From NCBI GenBank assembly GCA_028871115.1, contig JAGWOD010000001.1, positions 4,736 through 68,735 on the forward strand: a stretch of 64,000 nt of DNA. The letters run 5' to 3'. Shown here in pieces: positions 38,501-48,499 of this stretch. Each line of letters opens with the position of its first letter. Position 1 is the stretch's first letter. The DNA is from Patescibacteria group bacterium. GTDB taxonomy: Bacteria > Patescibacteriota > Minisyncoccia > Phycocordibacterales > SBAW01. The notes beneath the pieces are model-generated. The model made no database searches and had not been told where the DNA came from. It saw only the letters and a list, made by a program, of their open reading frames with translations. The position numbers and the translations under genes were made by a program.

Positions 38501-39412
38501 ACCTGGGAGCCGGTCTCCCTTGGAGAAGCGGTAGGCACAGTTGCCGCCCAAGCTATCGGTGAACCCGGCACTCAACTCACTATGAACGTCAAGCATGCTG
38601 GCGGTTCAGCGTCGGTCGGAGGCGACATCACCCAGGGTCTCCCTCGTGTTGAGGAGATATTTGAACGCCGCACCCCCCGCAACCCTGCTGCTGTGGCTGC
38701 TGTAGCGGGCGAAGTGATAGAAATACGCGAGGACGGAAAAGAGAAAACCATCGTGGTTCTTCCTGATATTGAGAGCAAAGGAAAAGGCAAGAAGGCCGGT
38801 TCGGTTGAATACCCGGTCAACATACGCCGCACCCCACTTATAAAAATGGGAGATCGAGTCGAACGGGGCCAGCTTCTCACTGACGGATCAGCGGATCTTT
38901 CCGAACTTTTCCAATATGCAGGACGAGAAAAGACACTCGACTATATCTTGCGGGAAGTCTCCCGAATATACGAGCTTCAGGGCGTTACGATATCAGTCAA
39001 ACATATTGAAGTCATTGCTCGTCAGATGTTTAGCCGTATGCGTATAACCGAACCGGGAAATACGGAATTCTCTTCCGGTGATATTGCGGGCGAAGTTGAG
39101 CTCACGGCCGAAAACGCTGAAACGTCCGGTGAAAAAGCCAAAGCAGAGCCTCTCATCATGGGTATTCTCGAAGTCTCGCTTTCTCGTGCGAGCTTCCTCT
39201 CAGCCGCTTCGTTCCAGAACACGACCCGTATGCTCATCAAGGCGTCAGTTTACGGAGCGATAGACTATCTCCATGGCCTCAAAGAGAACGTCATCATCGG
39301 TCGACTTATCCCAGCTGGCACCGGGTACCGGGGTTCGTCGAAATCGGCAATAGTAGCAAAGTACGCACCTATCCCGACTGAAGCTATCCGCAAAGAGCGT
39401 GAAATCGCTTAG
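32570..39412 (+). CDS. rpoBC: Fused DNA-directed RNA polymerase beta-beta' subunit (RpoB-RpoC single polypeptide, 2280 aa)
   Basis: N-terminal ~1045 aa are RpoB (through [13 protein letters not shown]). A short linker (~35711-35765) follows. The RpoC N-terminus then runs in frame ([22 protein letters not shown]...[22 protein letters not shown]...NADFDGD). No stop or frameshift is present. Confidence 0.9.
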   Translation: MREQKFFKRHNPSRVATPNLVADQIRSFEWLLKEGIRETFKEFTPIKDYSGKKFDLEFSKIEIGEPKFDEHYAKDQKLTYDAPIRAIVRLTNKTSGEKKEQEIFLADIPVMTPHGTFIINGVERVIVPQLARSYGVFFTAEELKGKKHFGAKIIPARGVWIEIEADADGMLSVRIDRKRKFPAISLLRVLGARYDSDLKSLFSHASYEKRWVEAAMEKDPAKTVEEAYIEIHKRLRDGDLATAKNAQDYITALFSEERYDLSPVGRFRFNQRFGKSLGVQELTRKTLSLDDVVTTLRHLLMLENTPDAMEDNIDHLGSRRVRYVGETLQSRVRVGLTHMKRNIQDRMSTIDAEASLPVQFVNPRPLQARIKEFFTTNQLSQFMQQENALAELEHLRTFSALGPGGLTRERAGFEVRDVHPSHYGRLCPIHTPEGPNIGLILRLSTFARLNEFGMIETPYAKVANGTVTNEIIYLNAAEEENEKIAHGATELHGDGRIVEEMVEVRFKGAPVRVPRAEVKYTDVSPQQPFSIATSMIPFLEHDDANRALMGSNMQKQAIPCLIPEAPLVATGMEETAAHDTGRLVFALEGGTVAEVDGRHISVKNDKGKETKYPLINFVRTNGFTALHHRPIVSVGEKVKKGQLLADASSTDGGQLALGQNVMVAFMTWSGANYEDAIIISERLVKDSKFSTINIEEFVCNVRDTKLGAEETTHDIPNVSETKLRNLDEEGVVRIGSEVRPGDILVGKITPKGETQLTPEERLLRSIFGEKARDVKDSSLRMENGKRGRVIGVKVFSREAGHQLESGILKRIHIEVAQLRAVSVGDKLAGRHGNKGVISRILPEEDMPYTSDGRPVDVILTPLGVPSRMNLGQILELHLGLAANTLKYQAICPPFAGATEEEIRSELKQAGFNENGKMRLFDGRTGEQFEQEIAVGYMYILKLHHMVEDKIHMRSIGPYSLITQQPLGGKAQGGGQRFGEMEVWALLGYGAAYTLREMLTVKSDDIMGRSAAFDSLVRGERIAHHYAPASFNVLLHTLRGLALDVELLRGTAPIRSGKKTPGAEIGDFDAVRIRPASPERIGEWSYGEVTKPETINYRTQRPEKNSLFDEKIFGPEKDYECYCGKYRGIRYKGIVCEKCGVELTRAIVRRERMGHVDLAVPVAHVWFLRGIPSRLAMTLGISAADLEKVAYFAGYIIISVNEKERERISKELESEYKTKLKALQDEKSKEKIKELFLEAKRDIDALRIGTVLDEARYHRYAIKYGAAFEAGIGAEALYNFCKGLDLKMMERATAKAFEEAGSAEREKLSKRLSLMRGMIRANVRPEWMFLTRIPIIPPGLRPMVALDGGRHATSDVNDLYRRVINRNNRLKKLIDIHAPDVILRNEKRILQEAVDALIDNSIRHGGAAYSATTQARTRPLKSLSDNLKGKHGLFRQNLLGKRVDYSGRSVIVVGPELKLNQCGLPKHMALELFRPFIIGKLLERELAYNIRGAGRLIDEGVPEVWAILEDVIKDKYVLLNRAPTLHRLGIQAFQPVLIEGNAIQLHPLVCPAFNADFDGDQMAVHVPLSPEAQAEAREIMAAPKNILKPGDGQPVVASKLLDILLGAYWMTKEVEKAKGEGMAFSSPNAAILAYDYGAVGFQAKIKVLPSEKEKYAQFGNSLFETTVGRLLFNTVFPSDYPYVNAAIDKKGLARLVDDLIARYGLERIPEIMDRIKAFGFRYVTQSGITWSLDDIRVPKEKREIVAAAQKRSDEIVKHWEEGLLSQEERYRMNIEVWHAAKAEVEKLIPATLPINGSVSDMLRSGARGSIAQVTQMAGMKGLIASPTGEAIEFPITTSMKEGLSPIEYFITTHGSRKGLTDTALQTAKAGYLTRRLFDVAQDIVVGEEDCGTSEGLAVRRESASGIGTFLASNIRGRFLAGDVADAKGTILFKKGHFTTAPDAKKIEESGAPSVYVRSPVGCKSQRGICIHCYGADLATWEPVSLGEAVGTVAAQAIGEPGTQLTMNVKHAGGSASVGGDITQGLPRVEEIFERRTPRNPAAVAAVAGEVIEIREDGKEKTIVVLPDIESKGKGKKAGSVEYPVNIRRTPLIKMGDRVERGQLLTDGSADLSELFQYAGREKTLDYILREVSRIYELQGVTISVKHIEVIARQMFSRMRITEPGNTEFSSGDIAGEVELTAENAETSGEKAKAEPLIMGILEVSLSRASFLSAASFQNTTRMLIKASVYGAIDYLHGLKENVIIGRLIPAGTGYRGSSKSAIVAKYAPIPTEAIRKEREIA

Positions 39413-39507
39413 TCATCTATTTTGATTTCTTGAGCGTACACGGCCCTGTATGAGCGGGGCCGTTTTTAAGTAGCAAAGTTGGGTCAAAATCTATACACTT
39501 ACAGAAT

Positions 39508-41232
39508 ATGGATTCTCCTGTCCATGAAATTAAGGAACGTCTCAATATTGTTGATGTTATAGGTTCATACGTTCAACTTAAAAAAGCTGGACGCAGCTTC
39601 GTTGCTCGCTGTCCGTTCCATAAAGAACGCACGCCTTCTTTTCATGTTTCCCCAGAGCGCGGTACCTACAAGTGTTTCGGCTGTGGGGAAGGAGGTGACA
39701 TATTCACCTTTATCGAAAAGGTAGAAGGTATTGATTTTCCTACGGCGCTTAAACAACTCGCGGAGCGTGCAGGGGTGCAATTGCCCGCACGAGGCTGGCA
39801 GAATACAAGCCCAAAAGAGCAAGAAAAAGAAGAGCGCTTGTATGCAGTGCTCGAGAAGGCAACTTCTTTTTATGAAGAAGAACTTGGGAGGCACAGCAAT
39901 GCAAAGGAGTATATCCTCTCCAGAGGAATACAGGAGAATACTCTAAAAAAATGGAGCATCGGCTATGCTCCGGCAAGCTGGGAATTACTTTCCTTAAAGC
40001 TTCTTGCCACCGGATTTTCCAAGGAAGAGCTTATCGAAGCAGGCCTCTCGGTACCTTCTGAGAAAAAGAGGGGAGAGGTGTTCGATCGATTCCGAGGTCG
40101 TATTATGTTCCCGATTTTTAATACTGAAGGAAAACCGATTGCATTTTCAGGACGATTTTTTGAGAAGGTTCAGGGTTCCCGAGAGGATGGTCCGCCTGCA
40201 AAATATGTCAATTCCCCAGAGACGACGCTTTTCAGAAAATCGAAGGTACTCTACGGGCTCCATATAGCTAAAGAATATATACGCAAAGCGGATTGCATAC
40301 TTCTTGTAGAGGGACAATTCGATGTCGTACTTTCTCATCAAGCGGGTTTGCCCTTTGCGGTGGCTCTCTCGGGTACTGCCCTTACTGAGGAGCATTTGAG
40401 GCTTCTTGGGCGTCTCTCTAAACGTCTTGTGTTAGCTCTTGATGCTGATGAGGCAGGCATCCGCTCGGGCCTCAAGAGTACTGCTATGGCACTTGCTGCT
40501 GGCTTTGACGTAAAAATTCCGATTATAAAAGAGGGTAAAGATCCTGCGGATCTCGCAGCGAAGGATCCGGAACTGCTCCGCTCTGCGGTGCGCACAAGCA
40601 TAGCGGCAATAGAATTTTTTCTCCAAGCTCTTCGCCCTGGGGCAAAAGATGAGCGTGGATATAAGAAACTTGTTGAAAAAGAAATCTTGCCACTCATAGG
40701 GGCTCTTCGAAGCAAAATAGAACAGGAGCATTTTATACAGCTTGTGGCGCAGCGTCTTCTTGTTTCGGAGGATGCAGTACGGGCTGAGATGAAAAAATCA
40801 GCTTCTTCTGTCGTGCAGACTGATGAGTCCCAAGGCGACACCCGTCAGGCAGAGGATGTACAAACGGGGAATATGCACGTGCCCCTGGAGAAATATGCCG
40901 GCATGCTCCTCTTCCGCTTTAATGAGAATTCAGAGATATATAAAAATCTTGAAATATCTCTTGGCAAAGAGCGTTTACTGGCACTAAAAGAACGACTCTC
41001 TCCCAACGCAGAGCGTCTGCGTTTTGAATTCGATATTCTTGGCGAGGATGAAAATATCCAAGCGAGCCTATTACTTGAGGAGATTGCGCGCGTGCTCCTT
41101 GATGAGGAGATTTCCTCTATACAAAAGCTTCTGCGTGCCGCTGAAGTTGAGCGGAAATCTACTGAAGCCCATGAACTTGCTGTGAAGCTAACTTCGCTTG
41201 CGCGGCGCAGAGAAGAACTCCGCCGTTCATAA
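39508..41232 (+). CDS. dnaG: DNA primase
   Basis: CHC2 zinc finger (CPFHKERTPSFHV...CFGCGEGGD) and Toprim (LLVEGQFDV...LDADEAG). Confidence 0.9.
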   Translation: MDSPVHEIKERLNIVDVIGSYVQLKKAGRSFVARCPFHKERTPSFHVSPERGTYKCFGCGEGGDIFTFIEKVEGIDFPTALKQLAERAGVQLPARGWQNTSPKEQEKEERLYAVLEKATSFYEEELGRHSNAKEYILSRGIQENTLKKWSIGYAPASWELLSLKLLATGFSKEELIEAGLSVPSEKKRGEVFDRFRGRIMFPIFNTEGKPIAFSGRFFEKVQGSREDGPPAKYVNSPETTLFRKSKVLYGLHIAKEYIRKADCILLVEGQFDVVLSHQAGLPFAVALSGTALTEEHLRLLGRLSKRLVLALDADEAGIRSGLKSTAMALAAGFDVKIPIIKEGKDPADLAAKDPELLRSAVRTSIAAIEFFLQALRPGAKDERGYKKLVEKEILPLIGALRSKIEQEHFIQLVAQRLLVSEDAVRAEMKKSASSVVQTDESQGDTRQAEDVQTGNMHVPLEKYAGMLLFRFNENSEIYKNLEISLGKERLLALKERLSPNAERLRFEFDILGEDENIQASLLLEEIARVLLDEEISSIQKLLRAAEVERKSTEAHELAVKLTSLARRREELRRS

Positions 41233-41284
41233 TCTCTGCGTTTGCTATACTTCTTCAGAACTGACCCCAGAAGAGGGAGTTGTT

Positions 41285-41626
41285 ATGGTCGATGTGCGGC
41301 GTTTGCGTATCGTGCGGAATGCTCTTCGAGTTGTGAATAAAAAAAAGATGGAGTTGAGTGTTGACGATAGAAAAGTTATCAAAGAATTCATGACAGAAGT
41401 GCTTCCGAAGAATCACTTCTCAGACCATGAATTCCGGACGAAACTCTACCAGCAAACACTTCGCCCTAAGGGCAAGCATCTCATGCGCATCTTTGATCGT
41501 ATGGAGGTGCTTGAACAACAATTGCTCTTGGCTACCCACCCTGCTACCACTCTTTTGAAATGGGACTCAGATATGAGCGCATATGTTAAATGTTGGTGCG
41601 AGTTCTTGCTCGGTACATGGGACTAA
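41285..41626 (+). CDS. Hypothetical protein between dnaG and rpoD
   Basis: GGAG SD and an ATG at 41285. The ORF-track start at 41198 overlaps the dnaG end. No family recognised. Confidence 0.4.
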   Translation: MVDVRRLRIVRNALRVVNKKKMELSVDDRKVIKEFMTEVLPKNHFSDHEFRTKLYQQTLRPKGKHLMRIFDRMEVLEQQLLLATHPATTLLKWDSDMSAYVKCWCEFLLGTWD

Positions 41627-41633
41627 CACACAC

Positions 41634-41665
41634 CCCGTAGCATCTCAGTTGCTGCGGGGTTTTTA
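41634..41665 (+). terminator. Rho-independent terminator
   Basis: CCCCGTAGC...GCTGCGGGG hairpin followed by TTTTT. Confidence 0.5.
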
Positions 41666-41715
41666 TATAGAGAAACTGGATTTTTAATGAGTTTGTGCTA
41701 TAGTACTCTTACGTT

Positions 41716-42984
41716 ATGGCGAAGGGGATGAGGGCTAAAGCCCGTCTACATAAGCGGGCCGGAGCAAGGCGCGCTTCTGCGTCGCGCCTTAAGGCTAAAC
41801 ACTATCGTGCTAATGCGGCCCGACGGCGTACTTCATCTGCTCTCTCGGGAAGGAGTTCGAAGGAGAAGAAATCAACACTCCCAAAAGCCCAGAAGATTGA
41901 TTCAAAGTCCGCACGTCGGCTGGCTGATCAAGGAAAGAAAGCCGAAGCATTGATGGCGCGAGGCCGTGAAAGAGGCTTTGTCACCTACGACGAAATCCTC
42001 AAGGCATTTCCAAATATAGAGACAGACGTTCTCTTCCTTGAGGAATTGTATGAGCGGTTTTCCGCGGCGCATATCGATGTTCTTGAAGGAGGGGGAATGC
42101 TCGAGGTAAAGGAAGAGCCTCTTGATCAAAGCTATGGGCGTAGCGATAGTCAGTACGATTCCATTCAAATGTATCTGCGAGAAATAGGCAGATACCCACT
42201 TCTCTCTGCGAAGGAAGAGAGAGATCTCGCTAAGCGCATCACGGAGGGTGAAATCGAGGCAAAAAATCTCCTTGCTCGAGCAAACTTGCGTCTGGTTGTT
42301 TCTATCGCAAAAAAATATGTTGGTCGAAGTCCCGACCTGACGCTTCTTGACCTCATACAGGAGGGTAATCTCGGTCTTTTCAAAGCGGTTGATAAATTCG
42401 ATTATACGAAGGGATATAAATTTTCTACCTACGCTACCTGGTGGATACGTCAAGCAATTACCCGTGCACTCGCCGATCAGAGCCGCACGATACGCATACC
42501 GGTCCACATGGTTGAGACCATTGCAAAATATAAACAGGTGGCGCGGCGGCTTTCACAGGATCTCGGTAGGGAACCTCTCGCTGAAGAGATTGCGCTTGAG
42601 ATGGGAGTTGACGTCGATAAGATATATCAAATAGAGAAAATTGACCAAGATACCGTATCTCTTGAGAGCCCAGTCGGAAGTGAAGAAGATGACGGGAAAT
42701 CGGTTTTGGGGGACTTCATCAAAGATGACAAAATACTCTCTCCAGACCAGGAAGTAGCCCGTCGAATTCTCACGGATCAAGTACGGGAAATACTGGATGA
42801 TCTTTCGCCTAAAGAGCGGGAGATACTCAAGCTACGACACGGCCTTGAGGATGGTATTTACCACACTCTTGAAGAGGTGGGTAAGAAATTCGGAGTGACT
42901 CGCGAACGCATCCGCCAGATAGAGGCGAAAGCGCTTGAGCGCATCCGCACGCATGATAAGGCAAAAAAGCTTCGCAGCTATTAG
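41716..42984 (+). CDS. rpoD: RNA polymerase sigma factor RpoD (sigma-70)
   Basis: Region 2 ([37 protein letters not shown]) and region 4 ([23 protein letters not shown]). GTGCTATAGT lies 11 nt upstream. Confidence 0.9.
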   Translation: MAKGMRAKARLHKRAGARRASASRLKAKHYRANAARRRTSSALSGRSSKEKKSTLPKAQKIDSKSARRLADQGKKAEALMARGRERGFVTYDEILKAFPNIETDVLFLEELYERFSAAHIDVLEGGGMLEVKEEPLDQSYGRSDSQYDSIQMYLREIGRYPLLSAKEERDLAKRITEGEIEAKNLLARANLRLVVSIAKKYVGRSPDLTLLDLIQEGNLGLFKAVDKFDYTKGYKFSTYATWWIRQAITRALADQSRTIRIPVHMVETIAKYKQVARRLSQDLGREPLAEEIALEMGVDVDKIYQIEKIDQDTVSLESPVGSEEDDGKSVLGDFIKDDKILSPDQEVARRILTDQVREILDDLSPKEREILKLRHGLEDGIYHTLEEVGKKFGVTRERIRQIEAKALERIRTHDKAKKLRSY

Positions 42985-44208
42985 TTAGCGCTGCTCAGTA
43001 AGGTCCCAAATTTTTGCTGCAATATTGCGCGGCCTACCCTCAAACGGCAGGTGATGGTTGTCGAAAAAAGGCATACTGTTGCATTCGATTACTCCACAGC
43101 GCACCTCTCTCCATGAACGGGAGAGATCGGGGCTGATGAAGTCAATTCCAACTACTTCAGCCCGCAGTCTGTCTGAAATCTCCTCGAAGAGGAGAATATT
43201 ATCAGGATGGACTTCATCACTCACATCTTTTGTCGTGCCCCCTACCGACCAATTAATTTTTTGGTGCAGGGTAATCCGCTCTCCAGAGGGAGGAACACTT
43301 TGAGGTGAAAGTGTTTGTCTTTTTAATTCATCGAGCGTCTCTTGAGAAAGTGCGATAGGGGAGAAGTATGGCCCCCGTCGAGCAGGGTGCTCATTTGCTT
43401 TCTCTACGAGCTCTTGTATCGTTTTGTGACCGTCTCCGATAATAGTCGGAGGATCACGACGAATAGTTGCACAAAGCTTCCCGTCGACTAGGGTGGCGCG
43501 ATACACGTGTCCCTCAAGCTCTTCCTCGATGACTACTAAAGGCGAGACCTGCTTTGCGATAGCAAAGGCTTGTTTGAGCTTCTTCTCGTCCGATATATGG
43601 AGGGTCGTGTGTCGCGTGGCCGAACCCACATGAGGTTTTGTGATGACGGGTTTTAGAAGAGTATCGTATATGTGCCGAGCGCTCTTGTAAGAAGAGGCCG
43701 CACCTCCTGCAGCTACTGGAAAGTGGTATGCCTGGAATCTTTTTTTGAGTTCGGCCTTATTATCGATCCACCAGACTGGCCCACGTTTCCGAGTGGATAA
43801 GGGGATTCCTTCAAACGAGCTATGCCGCCCATCTCTAAACTTCACTATGAAAAGATTGCGTGGAAGTCCAAATAATCTGAACTCTTGCATCTCGATTCCG
43901 CGCTCTTTTGCCTCTTCCCATAGTACGCGGTCAAGAAGAAGCGTCTTCTCGTCGGGTGCATCAAGCAAGGTCCCGAGCCCTAGTCGCGCTATTCCTCTGT
44001 AAATGAGCGGCAGGAGCCATTCTGCGTGCAATACACGCTCTCCTATATATCGTCCAATCTCGCTCGGATAGAAGAAAAGAGGACGTGCAAAGCGCTCAAG
44101 CCAGAGGGCAATATAGGTCCCTTTGTGGTATATCGGATCGCTTCCACAATCGGTGCAACGCAGTGCGGAGCCCGATACTTCTTGCATGCTCATAGTATAC
44201 TCGCTCAT
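42985..44208 (-). CDS. ATP-grasp enzyme related to the cyanophycin-synthetase N-terminal domain (standalone)
   Basis: ATP-grasp motifs include ...IIGDGHKTIQELVEKANEHPARRG... and NWSVGGTTKDVSDEVHPDN, which is CphA-N-like. The N-terminus carries a CTDCG motif. Confidence 0.6.
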   Translation of the reverse strand: MSEYTMSMQEVSGSALRCTDCGSDPIYHKGTYIALWLERFARPLFFYPSEIGRYIGERVLHAEWLLPLIYRGIARLGLGTLLDAPDEKTLLLDRVLWEEAKERGIEMQEFRLFGLPRNLFIVKFRDGRHSSFEGIPLSTRKRGPVWWIDNKAELKKRFQAYHFPVAAGGAASSYKSARHIYDTLLKPVITKPHVGSATRHTTLHISDEKKLKQAFAIAKQVSPLVVIEEELEGHVYRATLVDGKLCATIRRDPPTIIGDGHKTIQELVEKANEHPARRGPYFSPIALSQETLDELKRQTLSPQSVPPSGERITLHQKINWSVGGTTKDVSDEVHPDNILLFEEISDRLRAEVVGIDFISPDLSRSWREVRCGVIECNSMPFFDNHHLPFEGRPRNIAAKIWDLTEQR

Positions 44209-44235
44209 AAAGGAGCCTGGTATTATACTGCCCTC

Positions 44236-45099
44236 ATGAAATCTCAGGGGTCAAAAGATTTGAATGTGGGCGAGAAAAAACACACTAAGACCCGCTTTCC
44301 CATACAGCATTGGAGCCATTCCTCCCTCACGGCCTTTTTGAGAAATCCGCTCGCTTGGTATAAACGCTATGTCGAGGAAATCTATGATACTCCCGCAACC
44401 CCCTCGTCCATAGTCGGTCGGGCTGGCCATGTTGCCCTGCAACATTTCTATGGTGGGCTCGGGAAGGAACCTGCTATAGCTCTTGGCCTTGAATACCTAC
44501 GAAGTGTTTCCGACTTTGAAATCAATTTTGGAGCCATAAAAAGCAAGCGTCTCAAGAAAAAGAAGCGAGAAGCTATGGAGCGGGAGTACCTTCAAGCAGT
44601 GGGATTTTATCTAGAGCGGCCTCCCAAACACAGAGTACTTGGTGTTGAAGTGAAGGCGATGGCAAAGGTGCCGGGTCTCCCGCTTCCTCTTAAGGCGGTA
44701 TCGGATCTTGTGGTTACCTCCCGAGTGGAAAAGGGGGCGGTCGACATTATTGACCATAAATTCGTCGATCATTTTAGCAGGCGGGGAGTAGAGAAGCCGC
44801 TTTTTCTCATTCAAGCTCTCTTTAACTACTACACGGTCCAAGAACTTTTTGGAAAGCCGGTTCGACGCTTTGTCGTATATGAATGTAAAAAATCAAGAAA
44901 TGCCGATGGTTCAGCCCAATTACGTCGGCACGTTATTGATTTTCGCTCCTGTAAGGAAGATTTTACTGTCTTCCACCGCCTCATACGGGACGCAACGGAG
45001 GAGATTGGGCGACGCCGAGCGTATCTTCCCAATCCTTCTGACCTTTTTGAAGGAGATAATTCCTTCGATATCTATCGTCTCGGTCTTCTTGAAGAGTAG
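44236..45099 (+). CDS. PD-(D/E)XK family nuclease (RecB/Cas4-like fold)
   Basis: HWSHSSLTAFLRNPLAWYKRY N-terminal motif, plus D/E-K residues typical of the PDDEXK_1 family. The start is at the ATG at 44236, and the ORF-track start at 44026 overlaps the divergent gene. Confidence 0.55.
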   Translation: MKSQGSKDLNVGEKKHTKTRFPIQHWSHSSLTAFLRNPLAWYKRYVEEIYDTPATPSSIVGRAGHVALQHFYGGLGKEPAIALGLEYLRSVSDFEINFGAIKSKRLKKKKREAMEREYLQAVGFYLERPPKHRVLGVEVKAMAKVPGLPLPLKAVSDLVVTSRVEKGAVDIIDHKFVDHFSRRGVEKPLFLIQALFNYYTVQELFGKPVRRFVVYECKKSRNADGSAQLRRHVIDFRSCKEDFTVFHRLIRDATEEIGRRRAYLPNPSDLFEGDNSFDIYRLGLLEE

Positions 45100-45103
45100 G
45101 AAT

Positions 45104-45823
45104 TTATTGTCCCGTGCTTGAGGCGGTTGTCGAGGTGGAGATCGATTGTCCGATTGCCTGGAGTACCTGATCGACCGCTGCTCGCATGGAAGCGTATGGC
45201 TGGTCTCCTACAAGCTGAAGCACCGGTTGATTATTTGCCATGATCACAATTGAAGGCGTTCCCTGGAATCCCTCTGCGATTGCTTCGTTGTAATCAGCCT
45301 GAACTTTTGATGCGAACTGATTGCTGTTGAGGCACTGATTGAATTGCTGTACGTTGAGGCCCACTTCACCAGCGACCACGGGGAGCTGGGAGAGATCAAG
45401 CCCGTTGTCGGAGGGAGTTATTGAATAGATGGTGTCTATGTACTTAAAGAATGCAGTATTTCCACCAAGCGAGGCCGCACACTCAGCCGCCTGTGACTCC
45501 TCAGGCGCCTTGGAGTGTATCTGGGCGAGTGGGAAGGGGCGGAATACCCACGCGACCTTACCGGAGGGGCCGTAATACTGCATAAGCTGATCCATCGTGG
45601 ACTCGAAGTTCTTGCAGAAGGGGCACTCAAGGTCCGCATACTCGACTATCTTTACGGGAGCATTTGGATTGCCATAGATGTGATCTGTTGAATCGACCGG
45701 ACGTACTGCCTGAGTGGCGGTGTTCCCTGAAGAGCCTGGGTTGCGACTTATTAAAAAGACACCACCTGCAATAAGAATGCCCACAACCACGATACTAATG
45801 GGGAGTACGTATTGGCTTTTCAT
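45104..45823 (-). CDS. Membrane-anchored DsbA-family thiol:disulfide oxidoreductase
   Basis: TM anchor, a thioredoxin fold with CPFC and a DsbA-like helical insertion. The start is at internal Met 29 (MKSQYVLPISIVVVG). Confidence 0.7.
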   Translation of the reverse strand: MKSQYVLPISIVVVGILIAGGVFLISRNPGSSGNTATQAVRPVDSTDHIYGNPNAPVKIVEYADLECPFCKNFESTMDQLMQYYGPSGKVAWVFRPFPLAQIHSKAPEESQAAECAASLGGNTAFFKYIDTIYSITPSDNGLDLSQLPVVAGEVGLNVQQFNQCLNSNQFASKVQADYNEAIAEGFQGTPSIVIMANNQPVLQLVGDQPYASMRAAVDQVLQAIGQSISTSTTASSTGQ

Positions 45824-45858
45824 ACTATGTAATTTATATGTACTGTAATTATAGCACT

Positions 45859-46428
45859 CTAAAACGGCAAGGTATGGGTCAGGGATCCATTGGTAGGTTT
45901 TTCCCACTCCTTAGTATCGATCTTTAGTTCCCGAATACCGTCGAAATCACGGTACTTGAGGGAGCCATTCTTTCGAACCCAGTCATATAATTCGCGAGTG
46001 ATGCGCACATCTTCGAGGCAATATGCCCGTACTTTTTCGCGCTCTCCTTGGGCCCACCACTTGACCGCCTGTAAGCCGCTTCCACTTTTTTTGCGTCCGA
46101 GGGTTGCTTCAGCTACGTTGTCGAGTCTAAGGCGCCGCCCAAGTACTTTTTTAATTTCTTTCATGAGATCAACACTCCGGATAGCACTCAAATTGCCCGG
46201 ATAGTATTTATTGAGGATAGGAATATCAAAATGGTCGCTGTTATAGCCTATGACGATATCTGCGCTTTCAAGTATGGGCCAAAGTCTTGCAATATCTTCG
46301 AGAGTAAAACTTACATACTCGTCGTTTTGAGAATCATGAATACCCACAAGCGCAAGATCAAGCTGGGAAGGATCGGACATGCTGCTTCCTATATTGCTTG
46401 TTTCTATGTCGAGAGTGATTTTCCGCAT
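45859..46428 (-). CDS. DEDD-family 3'-5' exonuclease (DnaQ/RNase T-like)
   Basis: Exo I motif LDIETS, Exo II YNSDHFDIPIL and Exo III YCLEDVRITRELY. Confidence 0.65.
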   Translation of the reverse strand: MRKITLDIETSNIGSSMSDPSQLDLALVGIHDSQNDEYVSFTLEDIARLWPILESADIVIGYNSDHFDIPILNKYYPGNLSAIRSVDLMKEIKKVLGRRLRLDNVAEATLGRKKSGSGLQAVKWWAQGEREKVRAYCLEDVRITRELYDWVRKNGSLKYRDFDGIRELKIDTKEWEKPTNGSLTHTLPF

Positions 46429-46431
46429 GTT

Positions 46432-47679
46432 TCAGAAGCTTTTAAGGAAAGATGGCAAGCTAGTAAGAGCGATTTTCTCTTCTTCTCCTGTAGCTAATGT
46501 CCGGATTGCTACCATTCCTGAATCGATTTCGTTTCGGCCGATAACAATGAGATGAGGAATTCCCTTTTTATCCGCTGATTTTATCTGCTCTCCCAATTTC
46601 TTGTCCCCAAGATCGACAGCTGCGGATATACCCTGAGCTCTCAACCTCGAGGCTATTTTCATCGCTTCGGTTACCATATCTTCTCCTGTGACCGCAAGAT
46701 AGACCTTGATGGGGGAGGTATAGGAGGGAGTAAGACTTCGTACCTCGAGGAAGTCCCGAATAGTAACATCACCCATCCCAAAACCAACCGCAGGCATTGT
46801 TTCTTCACCGAAGAGTTCCATCAAATTGTCATATCTTCCTCCCCCGAATAATGAACGGTTATTGTCAGGGTGGGTATCGTAAACCTCAAATACAAGGCCG
46901 GTATAGTAATCAAACCCTCGTACGATGTAGGGCTCGAATCGAGCATTGGAACATCCGAGTTCCTTGAGCGTTGTAAGAAGCTCAACGACATCTTTTGGAG
47001 CTACAGAAGCCACAAATTCTTGTGGGGAGATGCCTATCTCTTTAAGAGAAGCCTCCTCTTCTTGAGAAGATACCTTACCGTGTCGATCGAGAAGGCCGTG
47101 CAACTTTTTTGTGCTCTCCTCAGAGAGAGAGTGCTGTGTAATGAGCCCATTGAGGAAGCCTCGAGAACTAATACGAATTTCGAAATCATTCTCTGTGGCA
47201 CCAAAAGCGCGCATGAGAGTGTGAGCAAGCAAAATTATTTCTGCATCTGCCGCGATGTGTTCCGAGCCAAAAAGATCAATATTCAATTGCCAATGTTCGC
47301 GCACGCGTCCGCGCTGAGGGCGCTCGTAACGAAAGACGTTTGGTATGGAATACCATCGCAAGGGAAAAGAAAGATCTCGGCGGCGTGCCGCCACCATCCG
47401 AGCAACGGTAGGAGTCATCTCCGGTCGGAGCGTTACCTCTCGGTCACCGCGATCAAGGAATGTGTAAGTCTGCTGTGTAGCAATTTCTTCATTTTCCGAT
47501 CCCTTTGCACGATAGAGTTCAGCTGGCTCAAGTAAAGAAGCACTGTATTCTTCATACCCAGCGCTCTGTGCTACTTGGCGCATGATGGAAAAGAGGTGTT
47601 GCTGCAGGGCCTGCTCCTTCGGGTAGAAATCCCGGACCCCTTTATAAGGATCAGTGGAGAGTTTGCCGTTGCGCGCCAT
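46432..47679 (-). CDS. hisS: Histidine--tRNA ligase
   Basis: Class IIa motifs (RWYSIPNVFRYERPQRGRVREHWQ, GGGRYDNL) and a C-terminal anticodon-binding domain. Confidence 0.9.
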   Translation of the reverse strand: MARNGKLSTDPYKGVRDFYPKEQALQQHLFSIMRQVAQSAGYEEYSASLLEPAELYRAKGSENEEIATQQTYTFLDRGDREVTLRPEMTPTVARMVAARRRDLSFPLRWYSIPNVFRYERPQRGRVREHWQLNIDLFGSEHIAADAEIILLAHTLMRAFGATENDFEIRISSRGFLNGLITQHSLSEESTKKLHGLLDRHGKVSSQEEEASLKEIGISPQEFVASVAPKDVVELLTTLKELGCSNARFEPYIVRGFDYYTGLVFEVYDTHPDNNRSLFGGGRYDNLMELFGEETMPAVGFGMGDVTIRDFLEVRSLTPSYTSPIKVYLAVTGEDMVTEAMKIASRLRAQGISAAVDLGDKKLGEQIKSADKKGIPHLIVIGRNEIDSGMVAIRTLATGEEEKIALTSLPSFLKSF

Positions 47680-47720
47680 ATTCGCTACATTGTAACTGTT
47701 TTAGAAGCCAAAATACAGAT

Positions 47721-48494
47721 ATGAAAGCAATTGGGGGCGGCGTGCTTAGTCTCTACAAACGCCTTGGCGAAACGCCCCGCGAACGCCTAGAACGCCTGCG
47801 TCTTGAGAAGCCCCAGTACCAATATGAGGTGCTCTCCTATGCTGGACGTCTTGACCCAATGGCCGAGGGGGTACTCCTCTGTCTTGTCGGGGCAGAGAAT
47901 TCACGCCACGAGAAGTGGCTCGAGCTTTCGAAGGAGTACGTTCTTGATATTTTGTTTGGATTTGCAACGGATACCTACGATATTTTGGGGAAGGTAATAC
48001 AAACCGGTGACTCCTCGCTCATTGGCCGTCGCTCTCTCGAGCAAGGACTCAATGAATTTCGTGGACTTGTCTCCCAAGAGTATCCTCCTTTTTCTTCAAA
48101 GACTCTTGACGGGAGGGCACTTTTTGAATGGGCACGCGAAGGCTCAATCGGATCTCTCACTATTCCTCGGCGGACAGTGACTATTTACGATATTGAGTTT
48201 TCAGGTATGTATAAGATTCCCGAACCCCAACTTCTTTTCTACATTGAATCAAGCATTGCCCGTGTTCAGGGAGATTTTCGTCAAGAAGAGATTCTTGAAT
48301 TGTGGCACCGTAACCTTCGGCCGGCAGGCACGCGAGAATTTCCTTGCGCGACCATCAAGATCTCCTGCTCCTCAGGGACCTACGCTCGCTCTATAGCCCA
48401 CGGTCTGGGTCAGCATCTTGGGATTCCAGCCCTCGCGCTCCATATCCTGCGAACAAAGGTAGGGGAGTACAGCGTTGCAAAATCCCTACGCTGA
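47721..48494 (+). CDS. truB: tRNA pseudouridine(55) synthase
   Basis: GRLDPMAEGVLLCLVG catalytic Asp motif. Confidence 0.85.
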   Translation: MKAIGGGVLSLYKRLGETPRERLERLRLEKPQYQYEVLSYAGRLDPMAEGVLLCLVGAENSRHEKWLELSKEYVLDILFGFATDTYDILGKVIQTGDSSLIGRRSLEQGLNEFRGLVSQEYPPFSSKTLDGRALFEWAREGSIGSLTIPRRTVTIYDIEFSGMYKIPEPQLLFYIESSIARVQGDFRQEEILELWHRNLRPAGTREFPCATIKISCSSGTYARSIAHGLGQHLGIPALALHILRTKVGEYSVAKSLR

Positions 48495-48499
48495 GATCC

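Noticed and set aside
44026-44235. N-terminal 70-aa extension of the PD-(D/E)XK nuclease ORF
   Set aside because: It overlaps the divergent ATP-grasp gene on the opposite strand. The internal ATG at 44236 is preceded by a -10 box, and the nuclease motif starts shortly after.
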